DNA of 64,000 bases, from assembly GCF_006345805.1 (NCBI RefSeq), contig NC_042997.1, forward strand, positions 194,494,001 through 194,558,000. Direction: 5' to 3'. Positions 22,436-36,159 of the stretch are shown piece after piece. The notes below the pieces were generated by a model, which saw nothing but the letters and a program-made list of their open reading frames with translations, had not been told where the DNA came from and ran no database searches. How positions within the stretch are numbered: position 1 is the stretch's first letter; each line of letters begins with the position of its first letter. The translations under genes and the position numbers were made by a program. Source of the DNA: Octopus sinensis (taxonomy: Eukaryota).

Positions 22436-25400
22436 CTAGCAGGCGTACCCGGCGTTAGTTCGAAAAGGCTTTGAAACTAATAAAGCAATTAACACCTACT
22501 TCCTCCTTTAAACACCTTTCACGCTTTATGGCGAGACCAACACCTGAGTAATTCATAAAAGGAACCGCATGTGTAATATATGACGACAACAATCAAGTGA
22601 AAAAATAAAGCAACAAAGATTATAACAGCAATAACGTAGGACTGAAATATGGCGCCAGTTCGGCAAATTTACAAAGCTTCCTTATGAACAATATTTTTAG
22701 TTTTCCCCTGGGGGATGAAGGCATGTAGACTTCCTACAACCTACTCTTAAGCAGCCAGCGTCCAGTTGACCGTGTGAAAAGCATGGTTTGGCTAAGTAAA
22801 GTCCAGCGACTGCCCCTGGGACTTATTAATGGACATGGTGTAACTGAGTCTAATCGGAAACTGCACTCTGCGGAATGTGAATGGTAAGTCAGCAGCCGAA
22901 GGCACAAGGGGAATTCGCGGTGGGAAGACGTCTTGACCACAGACGGTCATAATCGTTGCTTCAATGACATTGGGAAGTAATTTTGTAATAAGGCGTGTAC
23001 CGTTGCTCGACATCGGTGGATTTAGATTCCTTATCAGCATAACAGGGCTACCTACTTTAGGAGTAAGAATATGTGGAGGTACATCTGAAGGCTCCAAGGA
23101 ATTCAAAAATTCAGTGAGGTAATCAACTACCTCATCCTGATTGGGAATGGTGTCTACTGACTTATAGACTGTCACGTCCCCAGGCAAACGCAGTAAGAGG
23201 CTGTTGTTGATTGCACTGACTGCAACGTTCTTAGGAGCCAAAATGGCTCTTTGGCAAAGCCAATTTAGATCTCCGTTGTGGACCTCTAGGCCTGGGAAGA
23301 CCTGGTCCTGAAGACTATGGATAGTACTGGCTATTGTGCAAATGTTACTTATGTCAACGTCTTCATTTCCGTCTTCTGGGACTTCACCATTGCCAAGAAG
23401 CAGAATGTCCCTTGCGAAATCTTCTGATAATGGATCCTCATGGAGGCGCGCTCTCATGTTGGTTTCTAACTTTAAAGTAACAACATGACCCCATAGAGAT
23501 GAAGACTTAAAACTCGCCATTACTTCATCCGCCCTTGTGCCTTTCGGAATCACTGGCAAGGTTTATCTAAAGTCCCCAGATAGCAAGACAGTGACACCCT
23601 ACCAATCGGTTTGTGGATTTCATTTTTGTCTCACAAAGTTCTATCTAATGCCTCAAGGGGACCCTTGTGAGCCATTGTGCATTCATCCCAAACAATCAGG
23701 TGGAATTGTGCGAGTAATTGCCCGTTGTCCGACATCTTTGAAATGTTGCAAACAGGCGTCGATGAACTTGCGATGTTATGGGGAAGCTGAAACGTAGAGT
23801 CCTACCACCAGGGAGCAGAGTAGCAGCTATGCCCGAAGTTTCCACGGCTATTGTGATGCACTTTTGTAGCCTTACTTTTGCAAGAATGAGTCAGTTATGA
23901 ACGTTTTGCCTGTCCCTCCAGGAGCGTTAAGGAAGAAAACACCACTTTAACGACCCTGGACTTGCTGAACGATAGTGTCGTATACGTGCTTCTGGTCAGG
24001 TAGCAGGAGTGCCTCATTGATCTGTACATACGCGGATAGTTCAGTAATGTCGTAAGATGTTTCCCGAACAATCTCGGAAGGAAGATTATTTAAGGTAGGC
24101 CTTGCAGCGGGGCGAAGCCCGTTAGTGGTCATTACGTCACCATCTAAAGCTAAAATCTTGTTTTTTATCTCAATCAGCGCTAGGTTGTATATTGTATCGG
24201 TGAAACCTATGTTTAAAGTAGGGAATCGAAGCTGAGCGGCTCGTCTAAAGTCCTCGGACAGTTCATTCCTAAACTGAAGCCACAAAGAATACTGTGTGCT
24301 GCACAATTGTGCAGTATAACAGCAAAAAGTGTTCTAAGACTTCCAGGCGATTTGGATACACAAGCTTCTGATAAGCAAGCGTGCCACTGACTGTCATCTT
24401 CAAGAAGCCTGCGCTGTTGACATGCCTCCTTGTATGTGGCAAAAACGTTTTCATCCACAGTTCTTAAAACCTGAAAGCAAGTTGGGCCTGTTACTTCGTG
24501 TAGAAGACGGAGCACTGTCTGATTTGGGTGCACTGTATATATTTCTTTATTGCCCACAAGGGGCTAAACATAGAGGGGACAAACAAGGACAAAAGGATTA
24601 AGTCGATTACATCGACCCCAGTAACTGGTACTTTATTTATCGACCCCGAAAGGATGAAAGGCAAAGTCGACCTCGGAAAAATTTGAACTCAGAACGTAAC
24701 GGCAGACGAAATACCGCTAAGCATTTCGCCCGGCGTGTTAACGTTTCTGCTATCTCGCCGCCCTTGGGTGCACTATATAAACGCGCCCAAGGCAATCATC
24801 GAACTTAAAGTCTTCCTGCTCTTCAACAGTTTTACCTGTCTTCCTTCTCCTCCACGTCTTGTTCCAGGTGTAGTAGGATGGAACTTGTGGGTAAAGGAGT
24901 GTCCGTGCAAAAGGATCAACCTGACAAAGTTTAAAAAACACAGTAAGCATAGTATCTGATGGAGCCTGTGCTACCTGGGCAGCAGTGGCTTCATTGAAAT
25001 ACACTCTTTGGCCGTTTTCCAGATGGACAGGAAGCTGAACAACGGCAGGATACCTTTCGTGTATTGAAAAACCGGAAATGTGCCAAAACGCTTCATTGCT
25101 GCTTATGTACCGTGCAGTCTGGTATTGCGTTACTTCATCTTGTTGGTTGAAGCCTTGGAGGCCAAACATGGTGGCACCGGATCCTTTGTTAACGTATTTG
25201 CAGACATATTTGATTGACTTGATGGAATTGCGAAATTCAACGTTGACATGCGCTTTAAATGTCTTTCAAAGAAGCGGACAGTAAGGTACTATCCATCTAC
25301 TGTCAACTTCGAATTTCTCTCTGGTTAAGGTTAAACCTCCGTCGCATGGCTTCCTACGCCTATACAGTGGGTACCCGTCTTGAGCAGTTTGAGTCTGGGG

Positions 25401-26383
25401 CACGAATTTTTGGAGATAATTCTTAGAGCATACACCATTTATCAAGCAATCTTACCTTGTGTAGGCAGGCCCACAAGGGCCATGGACCTACGCTTATACA
25501 GTGGGTACCCGTCTTGAGCACTTCGAGTCTAGACACGAATTTTGGGGGATAATTCTTAGAGCATACACCATTTATCAAGCAATCTTTCCTTGTGTAGACA
25601 GGCCCACAAGAGCCATGGACCATATTAGAGTTCACTATCAGCGCCTGGGTCAGGTATTTCAGCGAAAATTAGCCTGTATATATCATTTGCATTTATTTTC
25701 TGATTTGACCATAGAAGTGTGTGTACGTGAGGCATGCACCTCTTTTGTCACTCAACTGTGAACATGAAGCTTTTAACATGGCCAAATATTTGGTCATTGG
25801 TGAGGAGGTCCTTGAATTCAAGTAGTATAAGTCTAAAAACTCTCGCAATGACATCAGGCCTATCATGGTCTTGTTAACCGGACAGAAGACTCACTTCTTG
25901 TATTTCATTCCACCTGGCATTACAAGTGAAGGTAATGAAAAGGTCGGACCCACCGTAGTGCCGAACGTAAATCCTGGCGTCTTGCGTACGTTCGTGCATA
26001 TATCGAGGACTACCTGTAAAGGAAGACGGAAGTATGCACAATTGGCCTATCCTTCCAGGAGCAACATCGTTATTGATGCTATCTCTGAGATGGATGTACT
26101 TTTCAGCCCGTGGCTTAGCCTGATTGAACCATATGTATTGTAAGCGGTGAGACTCAATCTTAATGCATGGGAGTCATAGTTACTCCCGCCGTTCACCCGC
26201 GCCCAAATGTTATTCCTCCCGCCGTTTACCCGAACATTTTTTTCGAAATCAATTTATACTTAAAACCTCTCCAGACACATAAGCAATGTGCGTGTGAAGT
26301 TTAAGAAAAATCGGTTGAGCCGTTTTGGCACAAAACGAGGACATACCGATACACACATACATTTTCAGTTTTAATATGTAAGA
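22436..26383 (-). mobile_element. Decayed autonomous-type Helitron (RepHel pseudogene) with both termini
   Basis: Minus strand: 5' A|TCTTACATATTAAAAC, 3' AACGCCGGGTACGCCTGCTAG|T. Rep motifs DLFITFTCN (~25920-25950), VE*QKR..PHVH (~25720-25760) and SIKYVCKYVNKG (~25185-25220). Pif1 helicase FFLNAPGGTGKTF (~23905-23940), ILAPKN, VMLIRNLNP and FPIRLSYTMSINKSQGQSL. Many stops and frameshifts. Confidence 0.95.
24540..24762 (-). mobile_element. SINE family B inserted in the Helitron ORF
   Basis: TSD TTGGGTGCACTGTATA / TTGGGTGCACTATATA. Confidence 0.9.
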
Positions 26384-26746
26384 TATGAAAAATCTGTTGT
26401 TTCGCTTCCTTTTAAGGAAGAAAATGTAATTTCAAATAAAATGACTTATATGCCACTTGAACTGAAAACCTCGAGAAAACGTTCATAGACATATATCTTG
26501 GAAAATCTCGAAAGAGTTTCTTTAAAATTTGAAAAGTTTCTTTTCTTTGAAGAATGAAGACAACACACGTTTGTACTTTTATACTTTTACTGGCGAAGAT
26601 AATTTAATTTGAAAACAATTGTTAGACAGTAAAAAGTTTGGTACCACATTATTTTCATTATTTTGAGTATCCTGCAAAGAGCTTATTATCCGATACGTGC
26701 TCCCTGTGAGACGGTAGTTGTGTGCTTGAGGAAGATTTGAGTGCTA

Positions 26747-26980
26747 TTTCTTATTTCTTTACTGCCCACAAGTTGCTACACACAGAGGGGACAAAAAAGG
26801 ACAGACAAACGGATTAAGTCGATTATATCGACCCCAGTGCGTAACTGGTACTTATTTAATCGACCCCGAAAGGATGAAAGGCAAAGTCGACCTCGGCGGA
26901 ATTTGAACTCAGAACGTAGCAACAGACGAAATAGCGCTAAGCATTTCGCCGGCGTGCTAACGATTCTGCCAGCTCACCGC
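26747..26980 (-). mobile_element. SINE family B
   Basis: Reverse complement of the family B consensus. Confidence 0.85.
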
Positions 26981-27684
26981 CTTTCTTTCTCTCTTTCTCC
27001 TTTTCTTTTTTCTTTTTCTTTTTTTTGTGCTATTTCTAAAAGCCGAATGACTCTTATGGAGACTTTTTTTCTTCACTTTTTGAGTGGTTGGGGGCGGTGA
27101 GTTATTATTGTTAGAAGTAAAGCGGCAGGAACAGTAAAATAGCCGTACCAAACCGTTTTTATTTTGTTTTGTCTATTAACGTTTTGAGCTTTGTCCCTTC
27201 CCCCCCGGGACTATTTCTAACTTTCATTCACTCATTGAGATTTTATCAAGTAGTTTCCATTAAAACAAAAAAAAAATTTAATTTCGTCGGTATTTTCTGA
27301 TGCCACAGCGAAATTAGTTTGAAGTCTTTGGAAATAAAATATAAAGTAGAAAATACGGATTGTTGTGACGCGTGGTTATTGGAAAAGAAAATAATTCGGC
27401 AAGACTTCCTCTTGTACTCCTCCCCCCAAACACCCCTTTTTTTATTTAATTTTTTTTCTACACAAACCCCGATTTTCGGCTACGGAGAATATGAATCTGC
27501 AAAAAAAAAAAAAACAATTGGCAAAAATCGGCATTTTGAAATTACCTCTCTCCTCCCCCCTAAATTCTTCATTTTAAACATTTTTCAGAATTTTATTTCT
27601 TTTTCAAAATATGCGGAAAAATATGGAGATTATGATTCTGGAAAAAATTTCCAAAAATTTTTCTGGTTAGGGTTTTAGGGCTAG

Positions 27685-27870
27685 GCGCGAAACACTTTTT
27701 GCGCACTAGAAGGCATTAAATATTATCAGGAATATGTTTTATATCCGATGGATGGGCTTCATATGTGAGCCTCGACAATTTCTATTGCTCAGGAAGTTAC
27801 CAACCATTAACCCAATTTTGTTAATCCAAACAGCATCCATAGACAGATTATTATAGAAGGTTGATTGATG
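27685..27870 (+). pseudogene. Degenerate Merlin / IS1595 (ISXO2) transposase fragment
   Basis: Translates across lesions as ETL...ILSGICFISDGWASYVSLDN...VTNH*PNFVNPNSIHRQ..IEG. This matches the ISXO2 pattern (I.SDGW.AY..L ... VNHS.NFV.P.G.HTQ.IEG). Confidence 0.65.
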
Positions 27871-27992
27871 TTCGCCAAGGAAACTTAGGCATGAAATAAA
27901 TTCACAAATCGTGTAAAATTATTCACGAATCTCATTTCGATGCATCAATGACTAATTTTCCCAGAAATGTGATTGTTTTATACAAAATATAG

Positions 27993-28169
27993 ATGTTTTC
28001 GATCTAGTTTGGATTCTTTGCCATCAAATTTGAACTTTTTGCCATCAAATTTGAACTTTTTGCCATCAAATTTGAATTTTTTGCCATCAAACTTGAATGC
28101 CTTGCCGTCAAGTTTGAATTCTTTGCCATCAAATTTGATTGCAAAGAATTCAAACTAGATCGAAAACAT
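27993..28169. mobile_element. Small TIR element filled with ~6 x 21-bp tandem repeats
   Basis: ATGTTTTCGATCTAGTTTGGATTCTTTGC / GCAAAGAATTCAAACTAGATCGAAAACAT ends. Unit TTTGCCATCAAATTTGAACTT. Confidence 0.7.
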
Positions 28170-30145
28170 TTATATAAGTACGGTTTTCAAGTTACATTCG
28201 TTAAGTCAGTGTCATCATTTCCGGTTCGTATCGCAATTTACTTTTTTACGACGGTTAACTACATATTAACCAAGAATTCGCCCCCTCCCCATCATTGGCC
28301 TGATAATCCCGAAAGGATGTAAAAGCAAAGTTGAAATCAGTAAGCGTTTGATTCTGTCAATTCGCCGTAAATTTTCAAAATCTTAATCTAGCTCTGACAC
28401 CAAATTTATATACTCGAGTGGATTCATTCAGTTTCCCTCCAATACATATTTGTGTCTTCTCACCATTATATGACATTTATTAAACGCTGTGTAAACAATC
28501 GATATGCGATATTTGCCGCTACTTCTCAACACGACTTACCTCGATTGATGAAATGGAAAGATATTATTATTTAGCCCTCGGTTAACCCTGATCCAGCAGA
28601 CCTATGAATGGAGGCGTTCTGGCTATGACCATCTGTCTTTTTGTGTATATCTCGAGCTACATTGTTCAATGTCTCCTTTTAAAGACAAAAGAAAGTGATT
28701 TGAGAGAAGTCCAGCTACTATTTCTAGCAGATCGATCGACCACATATCTACCTCCCTCTTTCACTTCTAGATGGGTGATGAGGGTGATGCTGTATGAGAC
28801 AACCGGTGCGTGACTGCTCGATCTGCTAAAAATAGCAACCATGTCTCCTTCAAATTGTACCTTGCCGTGTAGACAGTGAAAGGAACACTGGATTAGGTTG
28901 TCCGAGGTACACTTAAGTCTAAAGAAAAAATGACGGATTGGTCACGGCCAAGATATCCTTAATCATAAGTCTGTTCCATCAAGGTCATTTAGAATCTAAA
29001 ACACTAACAGCAATAACTGATTTCTGTATCAGTTTCTGGTTCAGATGTTTGTACTCCAAACTTATGACCAAAAGTACTTAAGATCAGTCATAACGATTTC
29101 AATTTAGGATAGCAGTACACTGTATATGATTCAGGCAGGAACTGCACTGATAAACCTTTCTACAAGGCCTGAAATTATGGGGGAGCGGGGCCTAGTCGAT
29201 TAGATCACCCTCAATGCTCGACTGGTACTTATTTTATCGAGCCTGAAAGGATGAAAGGTGAATTCGTCATCGGCGGCATTTCAACTCGGACGTAAAGCCG
29301 TCTTTGGCGGCTAACGTCCAGCGTGCTAACGATTCCACCCGCTCACCGCTTTAATAACTAGATTAATAATAATAATTCGTTTCTTAATTTTGGAAGAATA
29401 CCAGAAATTTTTGAAGGGAAGGGAATAGTCGATATCATTTACCCCAGTACTTGATTCTTGAGATGAAAGGTCAAGTTTATCAGGTTGAAATTCGAACTCC
29501 GAACACAAAAGCATGTACTTATCTTGTCTGAGACTAACGATTCTGTCAGTCTTCTGAATAATTGTCTCTGACTTTAGCAAAGGGCCAACAATTTTGAGAG
29601 AACGGGTTTAATCGATACCTCGACCACATAGTCTGGTACTTCATTTTATCGACCCCCAAAGGGATGAAAGGCAAAGCTGATCTCGGGTGGATTTGAACCT
29701 GGAACTGATACATGACATTTGAGCCAGAACTGATGCATGACATTTTCAACTCGCCGCTCTGGTGGAATCCCTAATAACAATACTGTTTATTCGTGTTTAG
29801 AGACTGCTGTTTATTCCCTCCTAAGTTCGCATTTTGATTAAAGACTTTCTAGTCTGGGCTTACAATATCTCGTATAATCTCTGTTGTTAAAAAGAAGGTA
29901 AATATGGGTTACTGAATATTTGACTGCTGTTTCTAGTAGATTGATAATGGATCGCATGTTTACGTTGTCATCTTGGTATTTCTTTCTTTCTTTTTTTTGT
30001 AAAAAAAATGATGTTAAATTATTCACAACCGAATTCCATTGGACGTAACTTCTAACTTGTCAAGTGTGACGATGTTTATCTCTACTAAATGTGTGTTCAG
30101 TATTTCAATGAACATTGAAATATAATACTTGTAGTTAGTTGATGT

Positions 30146-30454
30146 GTGAAGGCGCGTGGCTCAGTGGTTAGAGCGTCGAGCTTACGATCGTGAGGTTGTG
30201 AGCTCGAATCCCGGACCGGGCTGCGTGTTGTGTTCTTAAGCAAGACACTTTATTTCACGTTGCTCCAGTTCACTCAGCTGTAGAAATGAGTTGCGACGTC
30301 ACAGGTGCCAAACTGTATCGGCCTTTGCCTTTCCCTTGGACAACATGGGCGACTGCTGGTCTTCCATAAAAAACAACCTTGCCCAGACTTGTGCCTTAGA
30401 GGGTAACTCTCTAGGTGCAAACCCATGGTCAGTGCCTGACCGAAGGAGGTCACC
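30146..30454 (+). mobile_element. tRNA-derived SINE (family C-type head) with 13-bp TSD
   Basis: A box TGGCTCAGTGG, B box GCTCGAATCCC. TSD AGTTAGTTGATGT at 30133 and 30455. Related copy at ~47960-48490. Confidence 0.88.
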
Positions 30455-30945
30455 AGTTAGTTGATGTACTAATACCTTTCAAAAGGCGTTGCTTGCTTCT
30501 ATCGTGCGATTTTCCTTTGATACATTGTAAAATAACTTTCTAACGGATAGGCATTATAAAATAATATTTTATGTAATTATATTTTCATTAACCAAAATGA
30601 TTTCACGTCAAGCATTGTTTTCCTACGCTTAAATACAATATTTGAACAATTAAGCAGAAAATGTTAATATTTTTTCGTAAAATATCGAATAAGAAGCATA
30701 AGAAGACAATCGTTCAGTAAAAGTCTATGGTGTCATGAGTGTGTGACTTTCTTTCATCTGCTAGACAAAGCTGTACGGTCGCACCCGCACTCAATCATGT
30801 ATGATGTCGTGTACTAATACCGAAATATTACCCATGGGGATTTTCTTTTTAGAATAATTTTAAAGGGGTTTTGTTTTGGCCTATAGTTGTTCAAAGTGGT
30901 GAATTTTAATTGAAAAGCAAAAAAAACTTATTAAAATACTTCTAT

Positions 30946-31034
30946 ACCTTGGGCAAGTGTCTTCTACTATAGACTCGGGCCGACCAAATCCTTGTGAGTG
31001 GATTTGGTAGACGGAAACTGAAAGAAGCCCGTCG

Positions 31035-31077
<43 letters not shown>

Positions 31078-31280
31078 ATGTTTGTGTGTCTGTGTTTGCT
31101 CCCCAAAATCGCTTGACAACCGATGCGGGTGTGTTTACGTCCACGTAACTTAGCGGCTCGACAAGAGAAACCGATAGAATAAGTACTAGGCTTACAAAGA
31201 ATAAGTCCTGGGGTCGATTTGCTCGACTAAAGGCGGTGCTCCAGCATTTCCGCAGTCAAATGACTGAAACAAATAAAAGC
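30946..31280 (+). mobile_element. SINE family A, 5'-truncated
   Basis: Matches the family consensus body and tail. Confidence 0.85.
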
Positions 31281-32391
31281 ATAAAAAAAAGAATAAAAAA
31301 GCAAAAAGTGCTTCAAATGTTGAAAATTGTATTTTTAAAAAAATACAAATTTAATTACCTAAAAAATGTTCCAGATATGTCTGTTATTTTATTGCGCTTA
31401 ACTAGGGCGGCGTATTAAAAAGTTAGGATACAATAAGTTGTTTAACCCCAGTTCCTTCCTCATAAAGCAACTAGCGTTTAAAGCCAACTCAACTATAGCT
31501 ATCCCGTCTTTGTGTATCTAGAAACACATTGTTTAACGTGTCCTTCACTTACATATTAAGACAGAGGTGTATAATTTTGAGGAAGATTTTGATTGAAGCA
31601 TTTTAGAGCAACCACACACAATGTCACGATTGTAATAGGAGTGGTGTTGAATACAACTGGTGTTGCTTCAGTAAGGAGTGGTCTAGCTTTCTTTTGAATA
31701 TGAATAGCTGTGTGCCTACACAATGTAAAAAAGAAGTTTATATAGCGAGTTGATACTGCAACGAAGGTTCAGTTCTCAGGTGAAGCATTTTTTCACTTGA
31801 TCATTGTACAAGATATTTCCGAATGTTTTATTTCGTGTTTGAAATCATTATTTTGACTAATAGGGGAGGCACGTGGTTAGGGTTGGTGGACAGAGGTTGG
31901 ACAGAACGTGAGATTGTGGTTTCGGTTCCTGGACTGGGCGACACGTCGTGTTCTTCTGCAAACATTTCATTCCACGTTGCTCCAGTCCACTCAGCTGGCA
32001 AAAATGAGTAAAGGAAAGACTTCTGCCCGTTTCCCGGTGGTTTTTTTGGTGGGGACGGGTGGAAGTCTTGCCTGAGTAAATCCTGCGATGGACCGGCGTC
32101 CCGTCCGAGGCGGGGGTGCAATATATACGCCATGGAAACCAGGAAATTGGCCCTTATGAGTCTATAATATCCAAGAGTGAACTTTACTCTCTACTCAGGG
32201 AAGATCGGGTGCTTCAGACTCGATCATAAACCAATTTCCAGCGATAAGGAGACAACGAAACTGGAAGTAAATAAAAGCGGTGCTCCAGCATGGCAGAAGT
32301 CCTACAACTGAAACCACTAAAAGAATAAAAGAAATAATTGCAAGTGAGAGGTATCAGATGTTAAATACCCGAGTTTGCAAAACGGGGCTTG

Positions 32392-33134
32392 AGATCTTTG
32401 TGGTTTTCGTCACTGCTTGTCGAAATCTTTAAAAAAAATAAAGGTCTTAATGTGTCTTGATTGACGCTGAATCCGAATTTGTTATTAATTTATTCCAGTA
32501 AAATTTTGCGAAAATGTTACAGGTATTCAGAGTTTTTTCAGAAAACGGCGCGTTCGCTGCCTCTTTCGTCATCGGTGGGGTGGGGCTAGGGGGCATCGAC
32601 ATGTCATCACATGTAACTAGCTACGGTTAACAGTGAAAAACATTAAAACATTCGCGACCTTCCAACCAAGTCTCTATTCGGAGGGACACAGACACATAGC
32701 AAGCAGCTTCTCCAATAATATTTCCCTCGCATTTTTTCATCGTCACTGTTCTAAAAATCTTTATATCGTTCTAGAATCGAATTCCTTCTTGCTATGAACA
32801 CAATTATATAACACGTGGTGGTTACACTCCTTGTGCGCATGTGCAGCATCTTTGGTTACTATGGAAACGGAGTTCTTAGCAATCAGCTATGGAACGCGTG
32901 GTGATTCTTTGCTTTGGTTATTATGGAAACAGTTCTTCGCCACGGTGATGTGTAAAATACTCGCTTCTGATTGGCTAAAATACTCGGATTTTAAAGGCTA
33001 ATAACTTTTTGATTAGGGATTTATAGGGAGAAGGAACTTCGTTTTCATAATTAGTATACAAAACTTAATCCATATACCAAATTTTAAAACAATTGGAACA
33101 AAATTCTAGGCAGTGACGAAAACCACAAAGATCC
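32392..33134. mobile_element. MITE with ~25-bp TIRs and a probable 9-bp TSD (Mutator- or Merlin-like)
   Basis: GATCTTTGTGGTTTTCGTCACTGC / GCAGTGACGAAAACCACAAAGATC. Flanks CGGGGCTTG / TAGGGCTTG. Confidence 0.75.
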
Positions 33135-33538
33135 TAGGGCTTGCTCACGAGTTGTTCCTAAATAGTCTGTGATCGAGATTACTGTTAGAAAAGTTTTACA
33201 AAGTATTGGATCTTTTCTGTTTTGCACATCAAATCCTATTGTTTTTAAAAATTTCTTTTCCAGATTCAATTAATTTTCATGTTAATTACGAAAATCTTAA
33301 TCATTTTTCAGGGAGGTATAAAAAACTAACGAAGTTACAAACTTGAAAGACAGGAATTTAAGGGGGAAAGATATTGGTTGGTTGTTCTCGTGCTCGTACA
33401 ATAAATACACCTAAAATCAATATTCGGTAACTTAATATTAAGTATTCTCGCCAAATCTTTAAGAAATATATTACGTCATATTACGACATGAGGGTTCTGA
33501 AATTGTTGCTCAACAATCTTGTGCAGGTGGTTTGTTTA

Positions 33539-33955
33539 GGCGCAGGAGTGGCTGTGTGGTAAGTAGCTCGCTTACCAACCACATGGTTCCGGGTTCAGTC
33601 CCACCGCGTGGCACCTTGAGCAAGTGTCTTCTACTATAGCCTCGGGCCGACCAAAGCCTTGTAAGCGGATTTGGTAGACGGAAACTGAAAGAAGCCCGTC
33701 GTATACATGTGTGTATATATATATATATATATGCAAGTGTGTGTATATGTTTGTGTGTCTGAGCTTGCCCCCCCCCCCCACATCGCTTAACAACCGATGC
33801 TGGTGTGTTTACGTCTCCTTAACTTAGCGGTTCGGCAAAAGAGACCGATAGAATAAGTACTAGGTTTACAAAGAATAAGTTCTGGGATCGATTTTCTCAA
33901 CTAAAGGCGGTGCTCCAGCATGGCCGCAGTCAAATGACTGAACCGAGTAAAAGAG
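33539..33955 (+). mobile_element. SINE family A, full length
   Basis: tRNA-like head through to the GACTGAACCGAGTAAAAGAG tail. Confidence 0.9.
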
Positions 33956-34232
33956 TGATAAAATGTTTGTTTGCTTTGTATATGATGAGCTCACTTCCTC
34001 TATCAAATCGGGATCACCTGTGTAGGGCGAACGGTATGCCACGTGTCGGATGTTGAATGTCGAAGCGACCAGATCGATAGTGCTTTGTGAGGGGATTAGG
34101 TTAAACAGAAATTGTGGAAACTTGTTTAGAGAACAGGTTGAATTCTTGGGTGTATCAACGCCACATTCTGACCATTGTGTGCATTTACTTGAATACAGTT
34201 TTGCAATCATCATTCAGATCCTGTCTGAGAAT

Positions 34233-34433
34233 ATATTTCTTTACTGCCTACAAGGGGCTAAACATAGAGGGGACAAACAAGGACAGACAAAGGGATTAAG
34301 TCCGATTACATCGACCCCAGTGCGAAACTGGTACTTTATTTATCGACCCCGAAATTTGAACTCGGAACGTAACGACAGACGAAATACCGCTAAGCATTTC
34401 GCCCGGCGCGCTAACGTTTCTGCCAGCCCGCCG
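34233..34433 (-). mobile_element. SINE family B, internally deleted
   Basis: TSD TCCTGTCTGAGAATA / TCCTGTCTAAGAATA. Confidence 0.85.
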
Positions 34434-36159
34434 TTTTGTCCTGTCTAAGAATAATTTAACCCTTTTCATTCTTAGAAACACCAAAAAGAAGTTATAAGCA
34501 TTGTCTTTTCTCCTCTTTACTAAGTCGTGTAAAAAGAAAATTAATGTAGCTATAAGCGCAGGCATGGCTGTGTGGTAAGAAGTAAGCTTCCCAACCACGT
34601 TATTTCAGGTGGTTCAGTCCCACCGCGCGGTACCTTGGGCAAATGTCTTCTACTATAGCTTCGGGCCGACTAAAACCTTGTGAGTGGATTTGATAGACGG
34701 AAACTGAAAGAAACCCATGTGGGCGCGTGTTTATCCCCCCCAACCCCTCCTAACCCCCCCCCCCCCCAATTTTTGTATATTCGGAATCTACATGATATAA
34801 CACATATTTGTATACAATTTCATTTTAAAAAGATCCATTTTTCTGAGTTATGATCATCCAAAGTCGGGGGTGAGGTAGAAATCTGTAGTTATTCCTTTGA
34901 ATCAAACACGAAAGAGACTTCACTTCAAGCAAATTTTTTCAACAATTTCTTCAAAAAAAGTTTCAGTATAAGCTTTCGGAAAGTATGCTCAAAAAGAAGC
35001 AAAAAATATTCTGTGAATCTTCTCACCTGCAAATTTTTACTTGCCTTTTTGCTGAATTCACAAACTGGCTGGTGGGAATAAAATGACCTGTTAATTTTCA
35101 TTTTTGTTCATATATATATACGTGTGTGTGTGTATGTGCACGTTACAAGTACCATAAATCTATCTGTCTCCTCCTCTCTCTCTTCCTTCACTGACGCTAC
35201 TCCATTTCAACCTATTTCACACCATTCAATACTCTTAGACACACCCACACACATAAGTTTGTCTCCAGTTTATTTCTTCATAGGGAATTAAGATGGCATT
35301 GTTTTCAGTACTGACCAGTTCTATACTACATACACGCACACCACACACACACACGCGTTTGCAATTACCTACATGTTTTCACATACAACTAAATCGAAGA
35401 AAATAATCTATTCCCTCCTTAGTGACATCAGATCTTATGAACAAGATCCAAAATTTCATGAAATTGTCCACAGAAGAGATGTAAAGATTTTTTTTTAATA
35501 TCTCATTCTCGAATCGCCCCCTTTCTCTATTGGCATACTAAACATTGTGTACAATAGGTATAAAAATTCAGCATAACCCTACGCATGCCTCGCCAAAATA
35601 TTACCATGCCCCACGTTGGAAATAACGGGTACACACCATACGTTAGAAACAGCAAATAAAACTTCCCAATTCACATCCTACTTTTCTTTTAAAAATATAA
35701 TGTAATCCTCTCGAGAAAGATTAAAGAAAACAATTGCTTCGGCTGGGATCCTTTGATCTCGGCTCTCTCTTATCAGAGCTGACCTTGTGCTCGCTCCATC
35801 GTCATACATTTTCAGCTCTTCTTGATTTTCAAAGAGGCGATTTGGTTGAGTCGTTATAGTCGTTAAATGAAATGCCATGGCGATATTTGTTACACCGTTC
35901 TGCTTCCTGAGTTCAAATCCTGCTGACTTAAGCTTATCTATATATTTATTTATTGTCGCTCATCTTTTCATGCCCGAAGGCAATGACTTAATTGATAGAA
36001 TTGTTAGTGTTGCCGTACTGCGTGTTTTGCAGTACTTATTCCGAATGTTTTAAGCTCTGAGTTCAAATTCTACATCAATTTGTTGCTTAGGTCATCTGGA
36101 AAATTCGTCCATATTGCTATTTTACCTGCAGCTCACCTTAAATAGATCTGGTTCCTCCA

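Noticed and set aside
22792-23559. Host PIF1 helicase gene
   Set aside because: It is intronless, frameshifted, linked to Rep motifs and enclosed by Helitron termini.
30146-30220. Functional tRNA gene (also heads at 5510-5582, 33539, 40645, 61315)
   Set aside because: A and B boxes are present, but each runs into a SINE body, several have TSDs, and there is no clean cloverleaf or oligo-T terminator.
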